DNA from: Octopus vulgaris
Lineage: Eukaryota
Direction of reading: 5' to 3'
Length of the DNA: 64,000 nucleotides
Assembly: GCA_951406725.2 (NCBI GenBank)
Contig: OX597822.1
Location: 21,948,001 to 22,012,000, forward strand
Under the pieces are notes generated by a model that did no database searches, had not been told where the DNA came from, and saw nothing but the letters and a program-made list of their open reading frames with translations. The first letter of the stretch is position 1. Every line of letters starts with the position of its first letter. This document shows positions 12,700 through 25,938 of the stretch, one piece after another. The position numbers and the translations under genes are program-made.

Positions 12700-15600
12700 C
12701 AGTTTCTATTCCAAGGCAAATGGAATAGAAACTAGGAATGACAGATTAGTGATGCTGACACGAACAGAAGGATAAACGGATATCATAATTGGAGATATTG
12801 GCCAGATTACTTCAGAAAGATGTCAGCATCTGATTCTACATGTAAATTACTAACTTTGGAAAACTAATAAATAGCTTTAGGCATTTTAAGTTTAGGCATT
12901 AGAAATGATCAATGAAATTGTTTAGTTGAATTTTAGGAATGAGATATAATTTGTATAGTTTAACCAACATTACAGAAGACTAAATTACTTGGATTTCTTC
13001 TGATTGTAAGACTTATAACCAAGTAGGCTATTTCATAACCAAGTAACAAAAAAGAAATGTTTAAAATGGTAGAATATATCCAGTGAAAGGAGGCAAGCTG
13101 GCAGACTCGTTAAGTACACCGGATGAAATACTTAGCGGTATTTTGTCTGCCGTTACGTTCTGAGTTCAAATTCTGCCGAGGTCGACTTTGACTTTCATCC
13201 TTTTGGGGTCGATAAATTAAGTACCAGTTACACACTGGGGTCGATATAATCGACTTAATCCATTTGTCTGTCCTTGATTGTCCTCTCTGTGTTTAGCCCC
13301 TTGTGGGTAGTAAAGAAATAAGAATATATCCAGTGATTATGAACTGCAACTGTGATCATCAGCTTATTGTTGCAAAAGTTAATTTTCATCTTAATAGCAA
13401 AAAAAAAAAGAGGAAAACACGAAGATACAATCTAGCACACATTCCAGGTAAATATAATGCTGAAATAAAAAAAAAAAATCTTATTTGAAATGAAGAAAAC
13501 CAGCCATAAAAATTGTGGAATAAACTTAAAAATGTGGTTTCAGGAGTAGCAGAAAAAATTATTTTTGATGAAACAGAAAACTCATTGAAGTGGATAACAG
13601 ACAAGGCATTCGATAAAACTGAAGAAAAAAAGATCTGTAAAAGGCATAGTTTGACATAGTCTGGTGTTACAGAAGAATGCTATGAATTAGCTTGACAGCA
13701 AAAGGATAAACCAGTTTGTGTTCGATAAAATTAGAATTAAATAGAGCTTTGCTAAAGTAGACAACCAGTAACTCAGATATCTTGGGTATATCATGAAAAT
13801 TGATGGTCTACAAAAATATTTGGTCACTGGAATAGCTTTGAAAAATGGCTAAAAAGAAAACCTAGAAAAAAATTGGATCGATTGTGAGTTGGACATGACA
13901 ATTTAATGTGTAACAATTAATAAGAGTAACCTAAGACAATGACAACGAGAATAAGTGGATCAGAAATCTACACTTCAAGAGATGGTTGTTGCATATGATA
14001 TATGTACATGCATCTGTCCATACATCTATATATACATAAATGCAAATTTATAAACAGGCTATAAAATAAAAACCCATGAAGAGATAAATGTTAAAATAAA
14101 TAGATATTGTATATTCAGATACAAACTTAAGTTTCATACTTTGCATAATGATTATCACTGAAATAAAGACCATATTTAAAGTTTTTGTTTCTTTTATAGC
14201 CATTGTGGTTATTGTGGAACTGAAATGAAGTGAAGCACACTGGAATACATTCACATAGCGAAGTATTCTTGTGAATGGAAACTTCTGCAACAAGAGCTCA
14301 ACTGATACTAAATTTAAGATATAGATTCATTTTTATATCAAATTCTGAATCATCATATTGAAAAAAAAATGAAAGCAAAGAAACAGTGATTAAATTTGTG
14401 ATGAGGTTGAAAGAAATATGATAACAAACATTAGAGAGCAGTGATGTTAATATTAAGAAAAGTTACACTGAAGATGATAATATGCTTTATGAAGAGAAAG
14501 ATATGCAAAGATAGAAAAATAATGCCACAGCCTTTACAAGAAGACAAGAAATGTTAATAAAATGGAAAGTAATAGAAATTATCCTAATCCAAACTGCTTT
14601 GTAGAAAGAAAACCTTCATCAATGATTCTCTGAAATGAAAAAAAGTTTATGAAATGTCTGAAAAACAATTTGTACAAAGAAACAGATAACATAGCTGTAG
14701 GACTTTGGGGAATGATAAAGAAGCTTCAGTAATACTGTTACACAATGCACAAAAATATGAAATTCAAATTTATGCTGAAATGTTTGAACTAAGTCGATTT
14801 TCATCCTATTTCTAAAAGATGGAGATATAATTCCATGGAAAGAAGACATAGTTATGTAGAAACAACAATTGCACTTATCAACCATGTTTGTAAAATTATG
14901 TTAAAGACCATTGTTTGTAGATTAAAGGTAGATATCCAATGGAGCTAGTGCAGAAGAAAATGTTAGTTGTTGAACTTGAAAACAAATGAGGGATGCTGTA
15001 TCTAATATAGACATAGTTATTAAAAAAAACCTAGAGAGTCTTATGAAGAAATATTTATAGCTTCTATTGACTACTGTAAAGCTTATGTGATACCTATTCA
15101 TGATAATTTATGGGCATTAATGATAGAAATGAGGTTTGCTGAAATTTTTTGAATCATTGTCAGAAAAGGGTGACTGTGAAAACTACTGTCGGATTTGTTA
15201 GAAGTGGGGTACTCTAAGGATATGCCTTTCTCCTTCCATGTTTAACAACTGTGCAGAAAGTGTAAGAAAAATAAATACTCTAGAAGATATTGAAGGTAGA
15301 ACTTCGAATAAATGGGAGAATGGTGACCAATCACATATATACCAGTAATAATAGCTTTATGGCTGCTAGCTTAGAAGAACTGAACATTTTAATGAAGTAA
15401 AGAGGCAAAGTGAAGAATGATTATCCATTCATTTTGACAAAACCAAATCAAAGATTATCATAGAAATGTATAATGGAGATAATCAATAACAACTGATAAT
15501 CAAACTGTCAAAGGGGTGTATGAGTTTTGATATCTTGGAAATATTATTATAAACCACTGTGAGGGCTGCAAAGAGATATAAAGAACTGCAATAGCAAAAT

Positions 15601-16120
15601 CTGCTGTTATCTCTTTAAATCACATTTGGTAAAATCTATCAACAAATGACAAGACCAAATTGAGATTATTGCATACTTCAGTACTTCCAAAGCACATTTG
15701 AATCTCTATGCCAGGCAGAAGGAGATATTAAACAGAGGAGAAAAGTTATATCCTTGTTGTACACCTTCTTGTAACTATTTCTCAAACCACTCTACTGACA
15801 AGAATGATTAAGAGTTGGGCATTACAGAAGAATCAGATAGCAGTTGTGTGGAACTTCATAAAAGAATGGAGTTTATTAAAAGTTTAAAACAACTTAGATA
15901 TTTTGGTTATATCATTAGGGTTGTTTGTCTACAAAATTGTTGGCCGGTTGTAAAATGCCAAGAAGACCTAGAAAAATTTGGATTAATAGCTCCTTAAGGT
16001 AACATGATGAAAAATATAAGCAATTACCAAGAGCAGCAGAAAATAGTAATGAACAGACAAAAAATATTTATCAGCTAAGCCACAAAAATCCATGAGTTGG
16101 TAGTTGATGATAATAGTGAA
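12700..16120 (+). mobile_element. Heavily decayed RTE/BovB-like LINE remnants, probably two pieces
   Basis: Fragments read CDHQLIVAKV (endonuclease SDH region), ALINHVCKIMLK, FY/IDYCKA and LRYFGYIIR, with many stops and frameshifts. Boundaries are approximate. Confidence 0.6.
13087..13320 (+). mobile_element. SINE family B with 16-bp target site duplication
   Basis: AGAATATATCCAGTGA occurs at 13071-13086 and 13321-13336, flanking a full family B copy. Confidence 0.93.
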
Positions 16121-16131
16121 GAACTGTGCAT

Positions 16132-16171
<40 letters not shown>

Positions 16172-16565
16172 TCTGTCTTGAGCCCTACAGACCTATTAGA
16201 TCTGTATGTGTGCATGCATGAGTGAGCGCATATGTATATTTATGTATTTTTGTATGTCTTTATTTAAGTACCCTGATTGTAAACATAGGTATCCACCATA
16301 CAAATGATGCCATTTGTTTACAGCCTTCTTCAAAAGCTTGTCCAATCATTGAGCTGTTTAGGGTTCAAAAGACTAGGGGAAAATACATCTTTACTTTGAA
16401 AGAGGTGACAGCTGGGAAAAGCAATCGACTGCAGAAATATCTGCCTTGAAAACTGTCATCTGACCTTATGCAAGCATGGAAATATGGAGATTAAAACAAT
16501 GATGATGATGATGATGATAAAAATTAAAATATGCCAGCATTTATTTGATGATATATATGTATGTT

Positions 16566-16599
<34 letters not shown>

Positions 16600-17104
16600 C
16601 GTATGCATGTAGTATATACACGTATGTATATGTGTTCTTGAACATATATGCTTGTATTTGTGTGTAATGTGAGTGCAAGTGTGTATACATGTGACAGAGT
16701 TTCACTCTTTTTTTCTGTCTTCCTATAATTAACACATTTAACATTGTTGCATGATGTATTCTGGTAGCATCCGTGCATTGTTTAGAAAATTGCCAGTTGC
16801 CACTTAATGGTGTGATGTGTTCATATTGTTACCTTACCCTATCACTGTTGCCACATTTTTATTATTGATGGGGGGGAAAAAACTAAAAGTATCTCCCTGA
16901 ATAATTGAAATGATTTTGAAAGTATGATATTAGATGTTACTGCTTCCTGAACTAAATCAATTTATGGCAATAATAATAATAATAATATTAATAATAATAA
17001 TAATAATAATAACAACAGCATTTATTATTACTATTATTATAGAAGAAGCAATGCAAAACAAATGATACATATATAATATCTATGTGTATGTGCATATATG
17101 TATG

Positions 17105-17136
<32 letters not shown>

Positions 17137-17391
17137 CATGCGTGCGTGCGTGTGTGTGCGTGTGTGTGTGTATACATGTATACCTTTATAAGCATCTGAA
17201 AATATATGCATATAGATGTAGGCATATGCACACAGATGTTTGTATGAATGAATATAAATTTATAGATCTATAAATACATACATATGTGTGTATGTGTGTA
17301 GATGTAGATATATAGAGGTGCTTATATATATGTACAGTGTACAGATATATACAGAAATATCTGAATACACATACATATCTGCACACACACA

Positions 17392-17448
<57 letters not shown>

Positions 17449-19119
17449 ATGTGTGTGTGTATAGATACATACATAGGCAAATAGACATACATATTGTGTA
17501 TGCATCTAAATTGATGATGATGATATTTTAAATAAGCATACTTTTTTCTTTTTCTTTTACAGTTCATGTGTAGTTAAGCAATTTAAGCTCGCATAATTAC
17601 TATATGATGTCTGCTCTATTCATGACAATATGAACTCTTCAATTATATTCATTTCATATTTCTAGTGTGATATCTCTCATCCACTTGACCTTTGCTTTCT
17701 TTTGATTTGAAGAAAAATACCAAAAAATTGTGCTATTTTTATTCTTGTTGGTATTAAATAAATTATGAATAATTATGTGCTGTATGTGTCTTATGATAGG
17801 AGACTATGTGACAGTGGTGGTGGAGTTAATGAACTCCAGTTTCTTAGCTAATATGGCATAGCTACTAATATGATAATAGTAATAAGTATTCATTACTGCC
17901 AAACGAACTGGAAATTTGTGAAATTCCTTATTTTTCTCAAGTTGTAATGTTAATGAAATGGCACTAACTTGGAATTAACAATTTTGCTGAAAGCCTTTAT
18001 TTGTTGGAAACTTTCTGCTGCTGTTTCAACTAAGAGCCAACTTCATCAGCCAAAGTTAAGAAATAACATTATAAAGAAACTAACCACACCAACAGTAACA
18101 ATAGTAACCATTTGTACTGTTCTTGATTAAAAGCTATGAATAGAATAAGAATAAAATGACAAAAGGTTTGAAGAATAATTGCATTTGTCACGGTTTTCGA
18201 ATTTATTGATCTTTACTTCATATAATTAGTAAATCTTCAAACTGGTCAGTGATTAGACACCATGTGAATAAATTACACAACAGATAAGAAGTAAGTAGAG
18301 ATCCTGCTGCAGGTAGTACATGGATTTAGCAGAAGAATTAGAATGCCATCTGGATCAGAAAATTTTTTCAATACCTTGAATAATGGAAAATTTATAAAGA
18401 AGAATAATATTACACTAGATAAAGAAACATGAATATGACAAGTAGGCAAAACACTTACTTATAAATACCAAGAAAATAATGAAGCAAAGGAAGTAAAACA
18501 ATGCACAATTGAAAGGAAAAATTAGAAAGGAATATTATAAAATGAATGTGATGAATATAATTTTATAAACTAAAGGTTAATAAACTCAAAAGTAATGACA
18601 CAATAAGCATCACTGTTTTAGCTATCTCAGTTATCGTTGTCATATCCTCAACTGGATGCTAAATGAATTAGCGTGACTAGAGAGAAAAATAATAAAAAAT
18701 TAACTGAATTAAAAATGCCAACATTTTTGTCTTTCTGTCTGTTTATCTGTATGTATGTATCATGCATGTATATATGCGTGCATGCACACACACACATACA
18801 CATACACACGCGCACACACATCTATTCAATATGCTCTGGCAGATTCAAAAGTCAATATCTGATTACTGTTGTTTTCATCTTTAGATGCTATGCATTCATA
18901 ACACTTATGATTCACTATTGTATGCATGTATTACAAAACTTACATAATCTCCAAGGGAAGATTTACTCCTTTGATGAGAAAAAAATAAAAAGAAAACAGT
19001 GAACAATCTACCAGAACATATTGAGAATGAATAGGTATGTTATTAATCCAATTTTTGCTGTTTTGTATGCACCTCTGAAATTACATACATATAAGTCTGT
19101 TTGTGTGTGTATATATATC

Positions 19120-19296
19120 CAGTGGCACGTAAAAAGCACTCACTACATTCACTGAGTGGTTGGTGTTAGGAAGGGCATCCAGCTGTAGAAACACTGCCAT
19201 ATTAGACTGGAGCCTGGTGCAGCCTTCTGGCTTCCCAGATCCCGGTCGAACCGTCCAACCAATGCTAGCATGGAGAACGGACATTAAACAATGATC
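19120..19296 (+). mobile_element. RTE 3'-UTR fragment
   Basis: Matches 29130-29317 (GTGGCACGTAAAAAGCAC...AGGAAGGGCATCCAGCTGTAG...CGTCCAACC...GCTAGCATGG). Confidence 0.85.
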
Positions 19297-19759
19297 ATTA
19301 TTTTCAGCATCCACTTTTCCATGCTTGCGTGATTAGTTGAGGCTTATTGAGGCAGATTTTCTATGTCCAGATGCCCATCCTGTTACCAACCCTCATTTGT
19401 TTCCAAGATAGACAATATTTCCCATGGCCAAACATGTTCTTTCTGCATACTGGAAATGACTGACTCTTGTTTTTGACAAGACACTCAACTATAACTATCA
19501 TGCTATGTCAAGACACGGAGATACATACACACACACATGCAATATAAACTTATATAACAGGTTTCTTTCAATTTTTGTCTACCAAATCCTCTCACAAGTC
19601 TTTAGTTTGCTCAGGGTTATAATAGAAGATTTATGCCAAGGTGCCAAGCAGTTGGATTGACTTCTTATCACACAATCATGCCTGTACCTATTTGTGTGTA
19701 TGTGTGTATCAATATGTTCATAGAGTCCACAGCGTATCCTACACCAGCTTCACATAACC

Positions 19760-20227
19760 AACCCCAGCCCATTCAAAGTACCTTGGATCATAAGACGACC
19801 TGCTGTGCTTACCTTGGATCAGGGGCGACCTGCTGTGCTTGAGGAGACCTATTGAGTCAAGTACATCAACATCAAAATAAAAATCAAATGGAAATTGTAG
19901 TTGTGATACCCATACCGGTGGCACGTAAAAAGCACCATCCAAACGTGGCCTATGCCAGCGCCACCTTGACTGGCTTCTGTGCCAGTGGCACATAAAAAGC
20001 ACCAACCAATAGTGGCCGTTGCCAACCTCCTTTGGCTCCTGTGCTGGTGGCACATAAAAAGCACCCACTACACTCATGGAGTGGTTGGCATTAGGAAGGG
20101 CATCCAGCTGTAGAAACACTGCCAGATCACACTGGAACCTGGTGCAGCCTCCTGGCTTCCCAGACCCTGGTCAAACCGTCCAACCCATGCTAGCATGGAA
20201 AACAGACGTTAAACGATGATGATGATG
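19760..20227 (+). mobile_element. RTE 3'-UTR fragment with (GAT)n tail
   Basis: Homologous to 28740-29317, including the repeated GTGGCACRTAAAAAGCACC units and the GATGATGATG tail. Confidence 0.88.
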
Positions 20228-20668
20228 TATGTTTGTATGTATTTATGTTCAAGAGTTAAATTTGCTATATGCTTCAAGGGCAAACTCAATACTCCGGAGA
20301 AAGGACTCGAGCTGAGAAAACTGAAAGTAAGTTAGCCTAAGTCATTGGACTTCTGTGTCATTCTCAAAAAAATCATGAATTTTCACTCTCCAGGAAAGTC
20401 CATGTTTGCAGGCACATGTAAGTATAGAATATGAAGAGAGAGTAGAAGCTACAGAATCTAAAACTGAACCTCAACCACAATAATGTATGGGGGAATAGAG
20501 AGAGGTTACAGATGTTAACCATCCTCTGATTAACAAATAAAATAAGATTGTAATACCAGAGAATCCATATATATTATTTAATGGTTAATATACAAATAAA
20601 TATTGAATACAGCAAAATCTATTACCTCTCCCATTACTGTAAGAATAAGAATATGTGATAAACTTGTT

Positions 20669-20769
<101 letters not shown>

Positions 20770-21414
20770 GCTGCATGGTAAAGTGGATGCTAAAATGGTG
20801 ATGATGATAATGTGTGTGTATATGTGCATGCAAGCGCTTACATATTTACACATTCAAACTTAAATGCATAGATAACATTCGTGCTCTTGCAATCCAAGAA
20901 CAAGATATAGCTGCAAAATACCTGTTGAACAAAAGACACAGTGAAATGTATAAACCTCAGAGATATAATTGAAAATCCTGATTATACCCCACTTTTGGGG
21001 AAGATATCACACACAATCTGTTGTTGGCCAAAAATATTATTAATGTCCTACTTTCCAATATAAGCATCATGCCCTTGCTTAAACAATATGGAATGCCATC
21101 CATTGGAAAGAGCTTTTTTGAATAAATATATAAAAGATATTTCTGTTTTTGAGCACATACATTTCAATGCAAGGAATATCAAGATATCATTCTAATCAAA
21201 ATTTCTACTAAATGAAAGCTTAATAGATCTACTATAGTTGTGTAAGACAGAAAGCAAAAATAATAATTATGTACAGTATTTACAGTGTTTAAATTTATGA
21301 ACTGTATATAGAGATCAGGCTACCATGCAGATATGAACATTTCTTTCAAAGTCAAGCAGAAAACACAATATCTAGAGACAACTGCTTCAAAACCTGTCAC
21401 ATCTTTATCTAGAT

Positions 21415-22039
21415 CAGTGGAATTCCACTATGGTCCATATATAATTTTGTTTTTAAAATTTATGTGCAAATAATTGGTTATATTTCTGCAATGCACAAAA
21501 TATTTTAAAATTTAAATACAATCCCTAGAGAGATTTTAGAACTAGCATGTTTGCTTGTTGCAAAATCAGTGGCTGTGTATTTGCTTGAAATATATATATT
21601 GCGAGTGGAGGTGAGCTAATGCCATCTGATGCAGATGAGGTGCCCAGCACCGAAAAGTGACAGAAATAGCCTGAAACCAGGACGAGTCTACTGGTTCCAT
21701 CTCTAGACGGTGGTAGGGGTTAGCTCCCCTGCTTGCAATTCATTGGATGCAGCACTGCATCATTAGCTAGAGAAGATGTCCTCTTGGGGTTAAAAAATTG
21801 CAGTAGAGTCTGTTCGAATGGACAGCCATGCTGAAGTGGCTACCAATATTACTTCTCAGTACAACTACTGTGTTGATCTCTTAGAGAGATTTTAGAATTA
21901 GCATTTTTGCTTAAGAATATTTAACTATATAAATACAGTAGAATTTTTTATGTTTCATATACATCGAATGACTGGAGGTTGTGTAGAATAAAATAGGAAT
22001 CAAAGGGTTCCATAGGCAAAATGTGCTTGAGAACCACTG
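21415..22039. mobile_element. hAT (Charlie-like) non-autonomous element
   Basis: Termini CAGTGG and CCACTG. Flanking 8-mers ATCTAGAT (21407-21414) and ACCTAGAT (22040-22047) match 7/8 and fit the NTCTAGAN target. Confidence 0.7.
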
Positions 22040-22301
22040 ACCTAGATTATCAATTCCTGTTTTAAGCATCATCATTGGTCCAGCTGATTACATTGTGTTT
22101 CTATTTGTCTAACTGGTATTTCTTCAAAGTAGGACTCTCACAAAAACAAAGTAACTGGCTCATACACACTTTGTAAATTCAATTTTTAAACAGAACAATA
22201 AAAATATGCAAGACTTTTATAAAGTTGAAAGCATAACACTTTATTGTTTTTGCATCTGTATTAGAAAATTTTTTCTGCTTTAGTATAAATTCCAACAATT
22301 A

Positions 22302-22343
<42 letters not shown>

Positions 22344-22638
22344 AGCATTCCTACAAAAGTGTGTGTATTTGTGTGTGTGTTTTCATGGTTGTGTGGGTTT
22401 TATAGTCTTAAAATATTTACTTTATCACATTACGAAAAACAAAATATTTGTTCCAACAATTCAGAAGCAAATATCAAAGTTTACCAAGACATTTCCATCT
22501 AAAACCAACAAACTGTTAAGTCACAGAATAAAGATTTTATATTTGTATGTGTATATACACATGTAAATACATACCCACACATGTGTGTGTGTGTGTGTGT
22601 GTATGTACATATACATATACAGTAACATACATATATAT

Positions 22639-22699
<61 letters not shown>

Positions 22700-23184
22700 C
22701 TGTTTAATTTATAAGGCCATCTCTTTAATTTTTCTTTGATTTCCAAATTACATTGCATTGTTTCACTGTTGTGAAATAGTGAGTAGTTTATCAATTTCTT
22801 CAAATAATTCTGACAGTTTCTGTTAGATTGCTTTTTCAACTCTGTTAATTAGAATGTATTTATTTTGCACTTGTTATTCTTCTTGTTTGATCATCTTCAG
22901 GCAGCTTGAATGAAATGCACATGCGTGCACACACATACTCACACACTCTCTCTCTCTCTCTGTCACACACACACACACACACGCACACACATATTAACAC
23001 ACAGTTACATGCACATTATATTTTGAAAATTTGAGGAATGTCTGTACACACGTATGCACAAGCATATTCATATTGGCTACATTGCATTCACTTACATATT
23101 CACACACAAGCACATATAGTTATACAAATGCTTTTGAGTAACTAACTGTTCATCTCACACAGCACATGCACACATCTTTAATAT

Positions 23185-23318
23185 ATGTGTGTGTGAGTAT
23201 GTGTGTGTGTGTGTGAGTATGTGTGTGTGTGTGTGAGTATGTGTGTGTGTGTGTGTGAGTATGTGTGTGTGTGTGTGAGTATGTGTGTGTGTGTGTGTGA
23301 GTATGTGTGTGTGTGTGC
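23185..23318. repeat. GAGTAT(GT)n compound minisatellite
   Basis: About six tandem units of 20-22 bp. Confidence 0.9.
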
Positions 23319-23395
23319 ATAATATCCGGCAGGGTTATCAGTTTCTATGGGTGTATATATATATATATATATATATTTATGTATGTATGTGTGTG

Positions 23396-23447
<52 letters not shown>

Positions 23448-23612
23448 ACTGTGCATGTATGTGTCTGTGCATTGTAGTATATGTGTTTTTATATGTGTGT
23501 GTGCATGTGTATGTATGTATATATATATATTATACACACATGCATGTACACACTTATATATATATATATATATGTGTATATATATATATGTATATATATA
23601 CATATATGTATT

Positions 23613-23651
<39 letters not shown>

Positions 23652-24149
23652 GTGTATAATATATATATATATATATATATACATACATACATACATACAT
23701 ACACATGCACACACACACACACACACACATATAAAAACACATATATTACAATGCACAGGCACATACACACAAACTTGCAGACATAGGCATATACAAACAC
23801 ACACACCTATAAGCCATCAACAGAACCATTGAAGCAAGAATCTCTGTTAAGCTATGCAACTAAGCAGACAAAATACAATTCCTAATTCACTAAATATTAG
23901 ACATTGCTTTTCTTTTCCCCATTTTTTTTCTCACTTTGTTTCTAATTTAACTTTTATTATTGTTTATATTTGTTGTTTCTTCTTTCTTTTTGATAATATT
24001 TTTTGTTTCTTTTTGACTTTCAGTCTTTGTCCTTGCATGCGTTATATGTATTAAAACCTACATGTTTTGAATCGTTAACTGTGAAATTTGGGTTTGAAAG
24101 TGAGAGAGTCACAAAGTGTAGATGGTGTTAGAGAAACTGACACAGTGTA

Positions 24150-24150
<1 letters not shown>

Positions 24151-24215
<65 letters not shown>

Positions 24216-24531
24216 TGTATATATATATATGTATATATGTATATACATATGTATATATATATATATGTGTATATATATATATGTGTGTATATATATATAT
24301 GTGCTTATATATATATATATATGTGCGTGTATGTATATATATATATGCATGTATATATATATGTATGTATATATATATGTATGTATATATACATATATAT
24401 ATATATGTATATTTATATATATATATGTATATGTATATATGTATGTATATATATATATATATGTATATATATGTATAAATATGTATGTATATATATATAA
24501 GTATGTATATATATATATGTACATATATATG

Positions 24532-24626
<95 letters not shown>

Positions 24627-24632
24627 TATATA
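24151..24632. repeat. Compound (CT)/(TA)/(TG)/(TATG) microsatellite
   Basis: Directly visible. Confidence 0.95.
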
Positions 24633-25312
24633 TAATGTTCCCTTGTAACTTAAACATTCAGCTTTATTAGTATTCTATTTCACCTTCACCCCCACACACA
24701 CCTGAAGTTGCACTGTGATTTGATGGATTCTCTGGCAACTCTCCAAAGCACTGCAGCACAATTTCACACTTTGCAATTTAAAATGTTTACCTCCCTCAAC
24801 TCTAACCCCACAAACCCCTATTTACCATCTCACCTTCTTTCTATTTGATTCTTCACTAATATTGCTGTTGTTGTCGAAGCTACCATTATTGTTATCACTG
24901 TTGTATAATTGTTATCATCATGAACATCAAAGAAAGACAAAAACACGAAGTGAAAACAATGCCAAACAAGATATGTAGTTTGTATTGTTAACATATTTTA
25001 AACCGTTTAATAAGATCATCATATTTGTGTGTTACTGCAGAGCACACATATCTACATACATAATGCACTCTCACCTGGTTTCAATAAACGCTAAAGATGA
25101 ATGAGTGAAAGAACCTCTACATGGTCAATCAATTGCTAGAAATAGAAACCAAATGTCACTACAATCATACTGTAGCATTGGTTGGCCTGTGGCTACAATA
25201 ATGATACAACTGTCTAAGTTTTCACACAGTCTGATAAAATCAGGGACCATACGGTAAGTGCCATACAGATACAACCATGTTTGCACTATGTACAAATTTA
25301 CACAGACATGGA

Positions 25313-25361
<49 letters not shown>

Positions 25362-25674
25362 AATTAATACAAGGTCATCCACGTAACATTTCATATCTCG
25401 AACATTTAATCATAGAATATACATGTATTTCATCACAGTTAAAAGTTAATACTTTAGCGATTAAGAAATATATATTTTTTTAAAAACATTACAACACCTA
25501 GAATAATAAATACGTAAAAATATAAAGTAATATATAAATATATAGATATATAAAAATATATAAAAATACATATGTATAGGAAGCATATAAATAAGTAATA
25601 TATAATATATAAGGTAAGATAAAAGTTCATCATTTAGAAAATTTTTTTTTTTTTTCATTAAAAATTACTTTTCA

Positions 25675-25836
25675 GATAACAAGTGTAAGCTGCGCATAAG
25701 GGAATCCCTTACCATCCTTAGGTGTTATGGACCACACACTCTGAATAAATTTACTGACATGATTCCTTTTTGCATCCATAAATTTTCATCTACATTCTTA
25801 AAAGTGTATAGGAATAAAATAAGTTGTAGCAAATAA
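25675..25836 (+). pseudogene. C-terminal remnant of a Penelope-type GIY-YIG endonuclease region
   Basis: Reads DNKCKLRIRESLTILRCYGPHTLNKFTDMIPFCIHKFSSTFLKVYRNKISCSK*. This resembles the C.LC..E...I...LN......C.H C-terminus of Penelope ORFs, recognised by eye. Confidence 0.6.
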
Positions 25837-25938
25837 ATAATTTAGCTCTTACAGGGAATTGAAACCATAGAGGTTGAATTTAATTTAATAGTAATTGAGG
25901 TAATCAGAGTATGTGACAGAATACTTAAGATTAGATTA

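Noticed and set aside
11500-12700. Possible additional minus-strand LINE remnant
   Set aside because: Only faint RT-like hints are visible, and it is too decayed to classify without a profile search.
23178-24670. Long ORFs of 100-208 aa rich in Y/I/C/V/H/T, here and in similar tracts across the window
   Set aside because: They are translations of (TA)n, (TG)n and (CA)n microsatellites, which lack stop codons in most frames.
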